Positions 36,710-46,120 are shown, numbered from the stretch's first letter. The stretch is DNA of 64,000 nucleotides from Nitrospinaceae bacterium (GCA_029261555.1 JAJDBB010000075.1:44786-108785); one strand, 5' to 3'. Numbers and translations: made by a program. The notes: generated by a model from the letters alone, not told the origin.

Positions 36710-37037
36710 ATTTTGAAATTTTTAACAAAGCGGCGCGAAGCAAAGTTTCCGGCGGGCAGGAGTTCGCCCTTCCATTCTCATAATACACCCGACACTTGAA
36801 ACCATATTCCTGAGCGGCCCCGCTTGCATCTTCAATATCCCATCCGTTAATCCTTACCGTAGGCGAACCGGGAAACTCATGTTCCACCGCCGCTCTCTCG
36901 TCTGCTATTTCGATTTCGATCAAACCGCAATCAATATTCAACTCCCGCATCAGCCGCAACAAAAGACTTTTGGATGATTCATGACCAGGACATCCCTGGA
37001 AATATAATAGTTCGACTTTATCTGAATCCTTCATCAT
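36708..37037 (-). CDS. Small thioredoxin-fold protein with single GCP motif
   Basis: VELLYFQGCPGHE...FPGSPTVRINGWDIE...FKCRVY...PPETLLRAAL matches the pattern of small thioredoxin-like proteins. Its ATG overlaps the stop of the preceding gene (ATGA at 37034-37037). Confidence 0.65.
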   Translation of the reverse strand: MMKDSDKVELLYFQGCPGHESSKSLLLRLMRELNIDCGLIEIEIADERAAVEHEFPGSPTVRINGWDIEDASGAAQEYGFKCRVYYENGRANSCPPETLLRAALLKISK

Positions 37038-37942
37038 CCAAGAGGACGTCGATTGAAAAATTCCCGCATCCAGGGAATGATTTTTTCATGGGCGTCTTCG
37101 ACAATGTAATGGCCCGCCTCGTCGACTTCGTGAACTTCGGCTTTGGGGAAAATTTCTTTCCATCGGTTCAGAAAATGGTCGTTAAAACAAAAATCCTGCT
37201 TGCCCCATATGATAAGTATGGGACGGTCGCTGAACTCGTGCAACCGCGATTCGATTTCCTGAACCACCGGATAACTTGGAACGTCGGGGGTCATGGGAAT
37301 GTCCTGAACGAAGCGCAGGTTGGCGACGCGGTTGGCGTAGGAATCGTAGGGCGCCAGATAACCAGCCTTGACCTGCGGAGTCATGCGCGCCCTTTGCTTA
37401 CAGGCGCGAACCACGGCCATGCCGGCAAAGGCGTTGAAGCGCCGGATGGCGACAGAACCAATCACCGGTAGTCGGCAGACTTCTATACTGAAAGGAATAT
37501 GCGGCGATAAAAATGCGGCGGTATTAAAAATCACAAAGCGTTTTACTTTTTCGGGATGGCGCAGGGCAAAGCCCATGCCAATGGCCCCGCCCCAGTCGTG
37601 AACCGCCAGAGTGATGTTGTCCAGGCTCAATCGTTCGCAAAGCGCTTCCAGGTTTTCTATATGTTGGGCGAGCGTGTAATTATAGTCCTGCGGTTTGTCT
37701 GACAGGCCGCAACCGATATGGTCCGGCGCAATGCATCGGTAATCTTTGCTCAAATCCTGAATTAGATTGCGGTAATAAAACGACCAGGTGGGGTTGCCGT
37801 GGAGCATGACAATCGGGTCGCCCTTGCCTTCGTCCAGATAATGATACCGGTGGCCGTCGAGAAAAATCTCCCGCGACTCGAAAGGATACAATTCTTTGAA
37901 CGAAGAAACCTCCGTCACCATTCCACGCCCAGCATGAGGCAA
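37034..37942 (-). CDS. Alpha/beta hydrolase of the haloalkane-dehalogenase-like / OleB-like group
   Basis: LHGNPTWSFYYRNLI...APDHIGCGLSDKP, nucleophile elbow VHDWGG and a C-terminal HY(I/V)xED (AGHYIVEDA). The likely real start is the ATG at 37921, giving an ATGGTGA overlap with the upstream gene. Confidence 0.85.
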   Translation of the reverse strand: MPHAGRGMVTEVSSFKELYPFESREIFLDGHRYHYLDEGKGDPIVMLHGNPTWSFYYRNLIQDLSKDYRCIAPDHIGCGLSDKPQDYNYTLAQHIENLEALCERLSLDNITLAVHDWGGAIGMGFALRHPEKVKRFVIFNTAAFLSPHIPFSIEVCRLPVIGSVAIRRFNAFAGMAVVRACKQRARMTPQVKAGYLAPYDSYANRVANLRFVQDIPMTPDVPSYPVVQEIESRLHEFSDRPILIIWGKQDFCFNDHFLNRWKEIFPKAEVHEVDEAGHYIVEDAHEKIIPWMREFFNRRPLG

Positions 37943-38964
37943 ACCAGCCCGCTTCCAATTCCCAACAGGGCTATTTTATCGGCGCTGTTCAGAGCTCCTT
38001 CGTCCTGAGCAAGCGCCAGGGTCGTTGGTAGGGAAGCGGCTCCCGTGTTGCCCAGAAACTCCAGCGAAGGAAAATCCTTTGCGGGATCCAACTCTAGCAT
38101 ATTGAATAGAAGTTTCCGGTGCATGGTTCCTACTTGATGGGTGACGATGCGGTCGACGTCGGAGTTTTGCCACGCAAGAGTTTTCTTTGTCGCCGCCCAG
38201 GTTTTTTGCGCCAGGGCGCAACCTTCTTTCATCATGGTTTCAGAATCGGTTTCCATAAGCGGCGCCGACTCGGTGTGCACGCCGCGGTCCTGGGATCCCT
38301 GGCACAATTCGTTGAAGCGGGTCTCTACCATCGACGCGCCGCCTAACAGTTTGTGGGTCGTGGTGGCCAGGTCTTTATGCGCCAGCAAAACGCCGACGGC
38401 GGCGGAACCGATGGTGAGCGAAGCGAAGGCTTTTTTAATTTCCGCGCGGGTTGTGTTCGGTCGAGCCAAAAGGTTTTCGATGGTGTTGTCGACCAATGGA
38501 CCGCCGTTCTCCCCGGCCACAACCAGACCGGCGCGAATCTGCCCCAGCTCAATCATCGTCGCAACCTGTACCATACCGTTCAATACTCCAAGGCAGGCGT
38601 TGGAAACGTCGTAAAGCAAAACGTTTTGCGGCAAACCCAGCTTGTGGTGAACCACGCTGGCGGTGGCCGGCTCCAGAAAATCGCGACACACCGAGGCGTT
38701 GATCAGGCATCCAATCTCCTTGCGATCGAGCCCGGCTTTTTGCAGGGCTTTCTCTCCGGCCATCGCGCTCGCCTCGCTGGGGAACGTTCCCTTGTCCCAA
38801 AACCTTCGTTCTTTAATGCCGGTCATCAACTCCAGTCGACCGGCGGGCAATTTCAGATTTTCATATATGGGCCCCAGACGGTTTTCTATATCCGCTGAGG
38901 ACACTATGTTTCCAGGCAGGCAGCTGGCGATGGATTCTATGAAAACGTTTTCAAAGCGCATCAT
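37915..38964 (-). CDS. KAS III-like thiolase-fold condensing enzyme (OleA-like)
   Basis: From MMRFENVFIES (ATG at 38964, overlapping the ABC gene stop as ATGA). Active-site Cys context YDVSNACLG. INASVCRDFLEPATAS, IVTHQVG and GNTGAASLP motifs, and a C-terminal IALLGIGSGLVCLMLGVEW, resemble OleA-type head-to-head condensing enzymes and FabH. Confidence 0.85.
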   Translation of the reverse strand: MMRFENVFIESIASCLPGNIVSSADIENRLGPIYENLKLPAGRLELMTGIKERRFWDKGTFPSEASAMAGEKALQKAGLDRKEIGCLINASVCRDFLEPATASVVHHKLGLPQNVLLYDVSNACLGVLNGMVQVATMIELGQIRAGLVVAGENGGPLVDNTIENLLARPNTTRAEIKKAFASLTIGSAAVGVLLAHKDLATTTHKLLGGASMVETRFNELCQGSQDRGVHTESAPLMETDSETMMKEGCALAQKTWAATKKTLAWQNSDVDRIVTHQVGTMHRKLLFNMLELDPAKDFPSLEFLGNTGAASLPTTLALAQDEGALNSADKIALLGIGSGLVCLMLGVEW

Positions 38965-40727
38965 GATTCCAACTCCCCGCCGCGGTCTCCCTTTTCGCCC
39001 ACGTCCAGAAATTGCATCTCGTGATATTTCTGGTAAATACCGCAATGAGCTAGCAACTCGTCGTGGGTTCCGGTTTCCACAATTTCTCCATGACTGAGCA
39101 CTATGATCCTGTCGGCGTGTTTTACGGTGGAGAGCCGGTGCGCGATGACAAAACTGGTGCGATGTTCCATGAGATTATCCAAGGCCGCCTGGACGAGTTT
39201 TTCCGATTCGGAATCCAGAGACGAGGTCGCCTCGTCCAAAACCAGGATGGGCGCGTTGCGCAAGATGGCGCGGGCGATGGCGATGCGCTGGCGCTGTCCG
39301 CCGGATAGTTTTACGCCGCGCTCGCCGATAATGGTCTCGTACTTTTCGTCCAAAGTCTGCACAAAGGAATCGACGTGAGCCGCGCGCGACGCTTCCATCA
39401 CTTCCTCCTTACTTGCCTCCGGAGCGCCGAAGGCGATGTTGTTCCAAATCGTGTCGTTGAACAAAAAAGTTTCTTGCGTGACCAGCGCTAAATTGCTTCT
39501 CAACGACTTCAAGGAAAATTCGCGGACGTCCACGCCGTCGATTTCAATCCTGCCCTCGGTCGGATCGAAAAACCGGAACAAAAGATCCACCAGCGTGGTC
39601 TTTCCCGCTCCGCTCATCCCGACGATGGCAAGAATTTCTGATTTTTTAACTTCGAGTTTGACGTTTTTCAAAACCATCGCGGCGCGAGAAGGATATTTAA
39701 AAGAAACGTCGCGAAACTCAATGGATTCATTTAAACCTACCAATTCCTTTTTCCCGGCTTCGGATTCCTCCAAAGGCCGGTCGAGAACTTCAAAAACCCG
39801 CTCTGCGCCGGCCAGCGAGGTTTGAAAGCGGGTATAGATTTTGAACAACAAGCGAACGGGCGCGTACATCATAAACAAGGCGACGATGAACGCGATAAAA
39901 GTTCCTTGCGAAACCTGGCCGTCCAGAACCTGAGTCCCGCCAAACCAAATGATAAATCCGCCGCTGACCGCTCCGAGAATTTCCATGAACGGAGAGGTGA
40001 TCTCGGTGTACTTCACGTTCTTTTTCATGACCTTCAGGAAACCGGCGTTGATCTCAGAAAAGTTTTTGCTCTGCGCCTCTTCCATTCCAAAGGCGCGGAT
40101 AATTTTGACCCCGGAAAATGATTCGTGAATATACGACGTCACGTCGGCGAGAATCGCCTGACCCTTGTGCCCCAGGCGCCGGAGTTTTCTGGCGATGTTG
40201 GATATCGGGAGAACGGCGATGGGAAAAACAATAGTCGCCATCAAGGCCCAGTCCCACTTAAGGTAAAACACCCAGCAGAACAGGCCGATCAGCATCATCG
40301 AGTTTTGCAACAGCTCTTTCACCAGGTTGGTTACGGAGGATTGCATGATGGAGACGTCGTTGGTAATTTTTGAAAGCAGGCGTCCGGTGGATTCTTCTTC
40401 AAAAAAGCCCAGCGGCAGGGAGTGGATGTGGTCGAACATTTGCTTGCGCAGGGATACCACCAACTCCCAGGAAACGCCAAAGATGATCAGGTTCTGAACG
40501 TAGGAGAGTCCGCCCTTTATCGTATACATCCCAATAAAAAGCAGGGGAATGATCCGCAACATCCCGTAATCTTTATTTACAAATATCTCATCGAACGTTT
40601 TTTGGATGATGGGCACCGGGGAGGTGGCGATCAGGCCGACGACGACGGAACAGAAAATTGCCAGCCCCACTTTGCCCCAATAGGGTCCCAGGTATTTCCA
40701 AAGACGCTTGTATAGTTGAAGGTTCAT
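38961..40727 (-). CDS. ABC transporter, fused permease/ATPase (MsbA-like lipid exporter family)
   Basis: Six-TM exporter domain followed by an NBD with Walker A GMSGAGKTT, signature LSGGQRQR and Walker B ILVLDEATS. 588 aa. Confidence 0.9.
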   Translation of the reverse strand: MNLQLYKRLWKYLGPYWGKVGLAIFCSVVVGLIATSPVPIIQKTFDEIFVNKDYGMLRIIPLLFIGMYTIKGGLSYVQNLIIFGVSWELVVSLRKQMFDHIHSLPLGFFEEESTGRLLSKITNDVSIMQSSVTNLVKELLQNSMMLIGLFCWVFYLKWDWALMATIVFPIAVLPISNIARKLRRLGHKGQAILADVTSYIHESFSGVKIIRAFGMEEAQSKNFSEINAGFLKVMKKNVKYTEITSPFMEILGAVSGGFIIWFGGTQVLDGQVSQGTFIAFIVALFMMYAPVRLLFKIYTRFQTSLAGAERVFEVLDRPLEESEAGKKELVGLNESIEFRDVSFKYPSRAAMVLKNVKLEVKKSEILAIVGMSGAGKTTLVDLLFRFFDPTEGRIEIDGVDVREFSLKSLRSNLALVTQETFLFNDTIWNNIAFGAPEASKEEVMEASRAAHVDSFVQTLDEKYETIIGERGVKLSGGQRQRIAIARAILRNAPILVLDEATSSLDSESEKLVQAALDNLMEHRTSFVIAHRLSTVKHADRIIVLSHGEIVETGTHDELLAHCGIYQKYHEMQFLDVGEKGDRGGELES

Positions 40728-40769
40728 GGACGAGAAATTAACCGCGAATTTTTAAAACGTGGAACAATG

Positions 40770-40817
40770 CAAAAAAAGCCCCTGAATCATCGATATCGAA
40801 TCAATGAAACAGGAGCT
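40770..40817 (-). terminator. Rho-independent terminator after the USP/PCP-red gene
   Basis: Minus strand reads AGCTCCTG...(internal ATCGATATCGAT palindrome)...CAGGGGCT followed by TTTTTTTGC. Confidence 0.7.
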
Positions 40818-40877
40818 TTATTATAACAGGATGATTCATCCTTAAGTTTTGATTGAGCTTTGGAACTCGAAGCGACT

Positions 40878-42830
40878 TTAAACGCCGGACTTCTCCTTTT
40901 TCGGGAGAAAGTCTTCCAGAGTCATCCCGTTCTTCACGGCGTCTTCCATCATTTTTTTGGACTCTTCAATCCCGGTTTCGCACACTTCCTGGGTGATATG
41001 CTTTATTCCCTTGGATTGCGCGTATGCCATCACCCGGTTTTGCGTGTTGTCCCGCATAAACCCGGCGGGCACTAGCTCCAGGCGCTCGTTGGCTTTATCG
41101 TCCCAGGTGAAATCATCCGCGCTCATTTCCTTGGCGCGATGGTCGTCGCCATTGGAAGAGCCGATTTTTTCATTGAGGATCTTTTCAAAAAACGCCACGG
41201 TGATGGGGGAAATTTTCTGCACACGCGCGTTTTTCTCAACCCGCGCATGAGCCTTGCGACGGATATGACCTTCCGGATACTCGTTCAACAAGTCGAGAGC
41301 GTCCTGGGTCCATTGCACCTCTTCGGAATCAAACGTGGTGAAGGTGGTTACTTTACCCTCTGTTTCGGCCACAGTTTCCGACCCTTCGTCGTCGACTGGA
41401 AGCAGACGTTCCATGCCCGCGCTGCACACGCCGCATTTCACCGCGTCTCCGCCCATGACAGCGCCACAGTCTCCGCACATGAGCCGGAGGTCCGCCGCGG
41501 CTTTGCCGGAATGAGCTTCCATCATTTCGTCTTTCAAGGAATTGAGGCCTACCTCGTTGACGGGATCTTTGCCTTCTACTTCCGCCGAGCGGATTTTTTC
41601 GCCGATCTTCTGCATGGCCTGCATGGCTCCGGCGGGCAGGATGTTTGCTACCGCCTCGGTGATAACACCGGACGTGATCATGCTATGGCCGCGCTCCAGG
41701 GCGTAACGATAAATCGCCGTGGTGGCCATGGGACGAACAAACCCGGGGATGTTGAGCAGGCGCTCCTTGGCTTCTGCCGTCCAGTCGATGCTTTCCTCCG
41801 CCTGCATATCCACCGGCGGTTTGAACACCTTGCTCGACAGGTAAACGTTACAGGGAACGAGGCGCAGAAGATTCTCGGTGTTGCCTCCGATATCCATGTC
41901 CGGAGTGCTGTGCACGCCAATGCGTCCCAGGATGAGCAGGTAGGGATTTTCCTCGCGGGCGTACTGCAGGACTTTTTCAAACACCTTGCCGTCCAGAAGG
42001 CGAATGGTGCATTCAATCCCCTCTTCCTCGACGAGCCTGCGGGAAATTTCCAAATGCGCCTGATAGATTTTGGCCAGTCCCTTGTCGATAATATCTTCGT
42101 GCAGTTTTTCCTGCTGTTCAAACTTGAATACCTTGCCCGCTTCCTTGGACAAAACGCCGGTGAGGCTGTTGAACATGGCGTAATGAAAATAAGGATCGAA
42201 GGTGGAGATGACTTCCAACGGCTTGTTAAGCGCCTTCGCCATTGCGATTCCCGTCTTCAACCCGCCAAAGGAGTAGCCGCTCCCGTCGACGGAGACGACG
42301 ATTTTTCCGCTGGACGGCTTTTCTCCATGCAGAGCGGGGATGTTTTTGATGACCAACGTGTCGGTCTGGATGCGGCGAATCACGCGCTCCGCTACCGTGC
42401 CGATCTGGCTGTCGCGGATGGCGCCGAGTCCCAATGCGCCCAAAATCACCAAATCATAATCCGATTCCTTAATGTCCCGAACCAGTTCCACCCAGTTCTT
42501 GCCTTCCAGGGATTTCCCGACGAAGGGAATGTCTTCCTGAGTACAGCGGAACTTGGGCACGTCGAGGTAAGAGTCGGTGATGACCTCCATGCCTTTGGTG
42601 ATCAACTGGTCGTGAATATTTCTTTGCTTTTCGAGTTCCTCTTCGTCCTGATATTCCTCGGGCAGGCCGCTTTCCATCTGGCGGAAACGCACGTCGTGCA
42701 TTTTAGCCGCGTAAACGTGGCTGGCGCTGATGGTGGTCCCCTCGCCTGCCTTGGCGAATTCGAGGGCCATGTCTATACAGGTATTTGAATAATCGGAGTT
42801 ATCGACTGGGATATAAATATTTTTAAACAT
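40878..42830 (-). CDS. Tandem universal-stress-protein domains fused to a zinc ribbon and three PCP-reductase-like (BchB C-terminal-like) domains
   Basis: Two UspA-like modules (IYIPVDNSDYS...DLVILGALGLGA...VIRRIQTDTLVIK; IVVSVDGSGYS...LLILGRIG...). A CGDCG...CGVC ribbon. Three repeats of W(T/D)xxAxxxLxxxPxxF(V/I/M)R...I(T/S) (e.g. WTAEAKERLLNIPGFVRPMATTAIYRYALERGHSMITSG). Confidence 0.85.
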   Translation of the reverse strand: MFKNIYIPVDNSDYSNTCIDMALEFAKAGEGTTISASHVYAAKMHDVRFRQMESGLPEEYQDEEELEKQRNIHDQLITKGMEVITDSYLDVPKFRCTQEDIPFVGKSLEGKNWVELVRDIKESDYDLVILGALGLGAIRDSQIGTVAERVIRRIQTDTLVIKNIPALHGEKPSSGKIVVSVDGSGYSFGGLKTGIAMAKALNKPLEVISTFDPYFHYAMFNSLTGVLSKEAGKVFKFEQQEKLHEDIIDKGLAKIYQAHLEISRRLVEEEGIECTIRLLDGKVFEKVLQYAREENPYLLILGRIGVHSTPDMDIGGNTENLLRLVPCNVYLSSKVFKPPVDMQAEESIDWTAEAKERLLNIPGFVRPMATTAIYRYALERGHSMITSGVITEAVANILPAGAMQAMQKIGEKIRSAEVEGKDPVNEVGLNSLKDEMMEAHSGKAAADLRLMCGDCGAVMGGDAVKCGVCSAGMERLLPVDDEGSETVAETEGKVTTFTTFDSEEVQWTQDALDLLNEYPEGHIRRKAHARVEKNARVQKISPITVAFFEKILNEKIGSSNGDDHRAKEMSADDFTWDDKANERLELVPAGFMRDNTQNRVMAYAQSKGIKHITQEVCETGIEESKKMMEDAVKNGMTLEDFLPKKEKSGV

Positions 42831-42905
42831 GAAGTATGACTCTCCCTTTCAAACTGCGGGTAAGTATATTGGATATATTTTTTATATGAAAACTTTTATA
42901 TGAAA

Positions 42906-42932
42906 ACCCTGAAAAATTGAAAATTTCAGGGT
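42906..42932 (-). promoter_or_regulatory. Terminator-like hairpin plus tandem 12-mers in the leader of the USP/PCP-red gene (candidate attenuator or operator)
   Basis: Minus strand reads ACCCTGAAAttttcaattTTTCAGGGT followed by TTTTCATATAAaagTTTTCATATAA. It lies between the putative promoter (42969-42996) and the start codon (42830). Confidence 0.4.
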
Positions 42933-42968
42933 AAATCCAGCGTCAAAAAGCTAAAAATGTCCATCGGG

Positions 42969-42996
42969 ATTCTAACAAAATATGGCGGACTGTCAA
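42969..42996 (-). promoter_or_regulatory. Putative strong sigma-70 promoter (TTGACA-N16-TAGAAT with TG extension) for the USP/PCP-red gene
   Basis: Minus strand reads TTGACAgtccgccatattttgtTAGAAT, about 135 nt upstream of the ATG at 42830. Confidence 0.55.
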
Positions 42997-43258
42997 TATA
43001 AAACAGGGTGAACCCCAAACCTTCCTAATAACCAACAATTCTATAGTTTTCCAGAACTAAGCTAATAAAAAAAACGGGAAAAAATCCTAACGGTAAAAGC
43101 GAGATTAATAATTTAGTGAGACCCAGTTTTTTGGTTTGAAATGATGTAATCCTAACCAGGCAAAAGACGCCAAACAACCTCATAATATTAATTAAAAATA
43201 TCACAATAACTTATTGAAAAATTTAACTTTTTTAAACACAGCCCAAGAATAGACGCCC

Positions 43259-46120
43259 TCAATTAAACAACGCCTTTACCTCGGAAACCTCGCGCAGGGC
43301 GTTAGGCGGGGGAGCTTCCTCGTTCTTTTTGGATTGCATGAGTATGGCCATGCGCGGGGTTTTGGGATTATTGAAAATTTCCTGCGCCAGTTTCTGCACC
43401 GCTTCTTTGGTGGTATTTTCCGTCGCCTGGATCAGTTTTTTCTTGTAGGCGAAGTCGCCATCCTCCTGGGTGGCCAGGTAATACAACTCCCCCATATCCT
43501 CGCCCATCGTTTCGCCCTTTTTCTTGAATTTCAGCAACAAGCTTTCGCGGTGCTTTTCAAAATCCGCGTCGCTCAAATTCTCGAACAATGCAGGCGCCCC
43601 TTTAAACCAAGCCTCCACGCGCCGTTCCAACTCAAACGGACTGTGGTTCGCCGACTGGATCACAAATTTCAAAAATATCCGGTCCTCCAGACGCCGGTAA
43701 AAACTCCACACCAGATAACCGAGTTGCTGGTTGGTGCGCATTTGGGTGTAAAAGTCGCTTTCAATTACCGCCGCCACCAGCGAAGCGTTCACCTGGCGCG
43801 TAAATTCCTTTTCTCCCACTTGAATGGCGTAGGCCAGGGAGTTATTGTTGTCCTCCACTTTTTGGGCGAACTCCACGTCCCGACCGGATCCCAACACCTC
43901 AATCTTCGGCTCAAACCTCTCCGCCTCCGGCAAGGGACCGCTTTTTATTTTGCCGAACAAATTGTCCAGACTCTTGCGAATCGCCTCTTCCGTCCAGTTG
44001 CCATAAACCATCCCGGTCACGTGCACGCGCTGGTAAAGAGACTTGGCAAAGTCCCGGACGTCCTGCAGGGTGACGGGTTTCAAAGCTTTGACAATATCTT
44101 CCTCGCGGTACTGTTTCTTTTTCCAGATCAGGCCGGAATAATACGAGCCGCGGGCGTAAGCCTGTCCCAGCTTGCGGTTTTCATAACCGCGAAGCATCGC
44201 TTCCTTGATATTGGCGAATTTTTGTTCGTCGATATTTGGGTTCATCAGGTTGGACGCCGCCAGGTTGGCCAGGTCGGATATTCTCTCTGAATACCCTCCC
44301 ACGGTGAAGACCACGCCTTTTTTCTCCAATCCCAATCCGTAGGAAAGCCCGGAAAGCTGGATGGGATAGACCTCCTCGTTCAAGCTTTCGGAAACGGCGG
44401 CGGCGTATAGCTTGGCGCGAACGTAATTTTCGACTGTATCGTACACCCGGGGCGTTTCAATCTGCAGTTTCATGAACGCCTTGGGCTGATTGAACCGGTG
44501 ATCGAACTTGAAGTACACTTTTCCCAAGGGATTGTTCCACACCAGATGAGGATCCTCGTCGTACAGCTTCAAATTGTATGGGATGAATTTGTTGGGCGCC
44601 GGATAGGAAATCCCGGAAATTTTTGCGGGGCGCGCCAGCTTTTTAAACGCCTCGCCTCCCACCTCGGCGAGGGAATATTCCGCGTCGTAAAACGGCGCCT
44701 TTTGGTCTACCGCTTCAGAATTGGTTTGCAAAACAACCAGCATGTTCTCCGGGGTCAACGTGTCTAAAACGGCGGAATAGGCTTGAGGGTCGTATTTTTT
44801 AAACAGATACGGCAGGGTCTCGACGTCTTCCAATTTAAAATCAAACATCAGCGCCGATTTTCCCGCGACGTAGCCCATGCCTTCGTCCTTGTCCTTCCAG
44901 TCAAAGTCGATTTGAGCCATGGCCTGGTTTTCCTTGAAGGTATACTCTTCAATCCCACGCTTTCGGACCCTGTCGATATAAGAGAATATAAGCTCCAGAA
45001 TTTTTTCGTATTCCGCCACGCCTTTTTTTGTGAGGCTGACGGAGAAGGTCATCGAGTTGATATTGGGATGACTGTACCCACCGCCTGCGGAAAGCCCCAG
45101 AGCCAACCCCTCTTCCTTCAGTTTGGAAAGCAAAGATCCCTTGCCCTCATAGCCCAAAATCGATCCGATAATGGACGCCGGTTTACTGCCCTGGTGGTCA
45201 ATCAAATGAATGGTGGGAAACTCCAGGCTCATTTGCCGAATGTCCTTGATCGTCTTGATTTTTAGCAACCGGTATTTGCCCTCCAACGGTCTCCGAAAAT
45301 TGGAATCGATTTCGGGCAGTGAAAACTCAAACCGGGGAATGTCCGCGAAATGTTTTCGGACCAGCGCTTCCTGCTCGTTCAACGGCAGGCTGGAAAGCAT
45401 CGCCAGTTTCATATTGCCTGCGCTGTAGTAGGTCTCGTAAAACTTTTTTAAGACGGGCCGATTGTCTCCCGCCAGGGTCGATTTGTTTCCGGTCCCGAAA
45501 TTGGAGAGAGGGTGACCCGGTTCGGAAACCAACCCTTTAACAAAACTTCCCCTCCAACCGTCGTTCAATTTGTTTTTATCGTGCTCGCTGGAAACGGCGT
45601 TGACCTCCCGTTCCGCGTAGGTGGGATTAAACAATGGCTCCTTGAAAAACTGGCTGAACCGGTCCAGCGCGCCGTCGAACGCTTCATGGGAAACCTGAAA
45701 AAAATAGTTGGTGATTTCCGAAGCCGTGTAAGCGTTGCTGCCCCCGGAGTTTTCATTCAAGTATTTTTTGTAGTCGTCGACTTCGGGATATTTTTTGGTG
45801 CCCAGAAACAGCATATGCTCCAGGTAATGCGCCAGTCCCATTTTATCCTTGGGATCGTACAGGTGCCCGGTTCCAACAGCCAGTGAAGCGGCGCTCCGGT
45901 GCACCTCGGGATCGTATTCCAATAAAACGTCCAGTCCGTTTGAAAGGGTGAGGATGCGGGTTTGGCGGTCGTCCGCCTGGGAAATCCCGGTAAGGATCAA
46001 CAACCATAGGAGCAGAATTACCTTGAGCTTGATATATGATTTAAAAAAGGACACCAAAACCTCCATGGGAAAACAATCGAGAAGAAGCGCAAGAGCTTGC
46101 GCTGAAGGAGCAAAGAACAC
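43259..46120 (-). CDS. Secreted M16-family zinc metallopeptidase (pitrilysin/insulinase-like)
   Basis: Inverted zinc motif HxxEH in GLAHYLEHMLFLGTKKYP, with ENSGGSNAYT downstream. About 950 aa, as in pitrilysin-type enzymes. The signal-like segment KVILLLWLLILTGISQA suggests the real start is the ATG at about 46066. Confidence 0.9.
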   Translation of the reverse strand: MFFAPSAQALALLLDCFPMEVLVSFFKSYIKLKVILLLWLLILTGISQADDRQTRILTLSNGLDVLLEYDPEVHRSAASLAVGTGHLYDPKDKMGLAHYLEHMLFLGTKKYPEVDDYKKYLNENSGGSNAYTASEITNYFFQVSHEAFDGALDRFSQFFKEPLFNPTYAEREVNAVSSEHDKNKLNDGWRGSFVKGLVSEPGHPLSNFGTGNKSTLAGDNRPVLKKFYETYYSAGNMKLAMLSSLPLNEQEALVRKHFADIPRFEFSLPEIDSNFRRPLEGKYRLLKIKTIKDIRQMSLEFPTIHLIDHQGSKPASIIGSILGYEGKGSLLSKLKEEGLALGLSAGGGYSHPNINSMTFSVSLTKKGVAEYEKILELIFSYIDRVRKRGIEEYTFKENQAMAQIDFDWKDKDEGMGYVAGKSALMFDFKLEDVETLPYLFKKYDPQAYSAVLDTLTPENMLVVLQTNSEAVDQKAPFYDAEYSLAEVGGEAFKKLARPAKISGISYPAPNKFIPYNLKLYDEDPHLVWNNPLGKVYFKFDHRFNQPKAFMKLQIETPRVYDTVENYVRAKLYAAAVSESLNEEVYPIQLSGLSYGLGLEKKGVVFTVGGYSERISDLANLAASNLMNPNIDEQKFANIKEAMLRGYENRKLGQAYARGSYYSGLIWKKKQYREEDIVKALKPVTLQDVRDFAKSLYQRVHVTGMVYGNWTEEAIRKSLDNLFGKIKSGPLPEAERFEPKIEVLGSGRDVEFAQKVEDNNNSLAYAIQVGEKEFTRQVNASLVAAVIESDFYTQMRTNQQLGYLVWSFYRRLEDRIFLKFVIQSANHSPFELERRVEAWFKGAPALFENLSDADFEKHRESLLLKFKKKGETMGEDMGELYYLATQEDGDFAYKKKLIQATENTTKEAVQKLAQEIFNNPKTPRMAILMQSKKNEEAPPPNALREVSEVKALFN

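Noticed and set aside
36708-39045. Calling the thiolase/hydrolase pair a complete OleABCD olefin pathway.
   Set aside because: OleC (AMP-dependent ligase) and OleD (SDR) are not adjacent. The only SDR in the window (328-1449) is 36 kb away in an unrelated context. I therefore use only OleA-like and OleB-like labels.
40819-40827. TGTTATAAT extended -10 element upstream of the MsbA-like operon, suggesting a promoter feeding straight into the 40770-40817 hairpin (leader attenuation).
   Set aside because: The hairpin with its U7 tract is more simply the terminator of the upstream USP gene. There is no -35 element, and a single 9-mer in AT-rich spacer DNA is weak evidence. A transcription start map would settle it.
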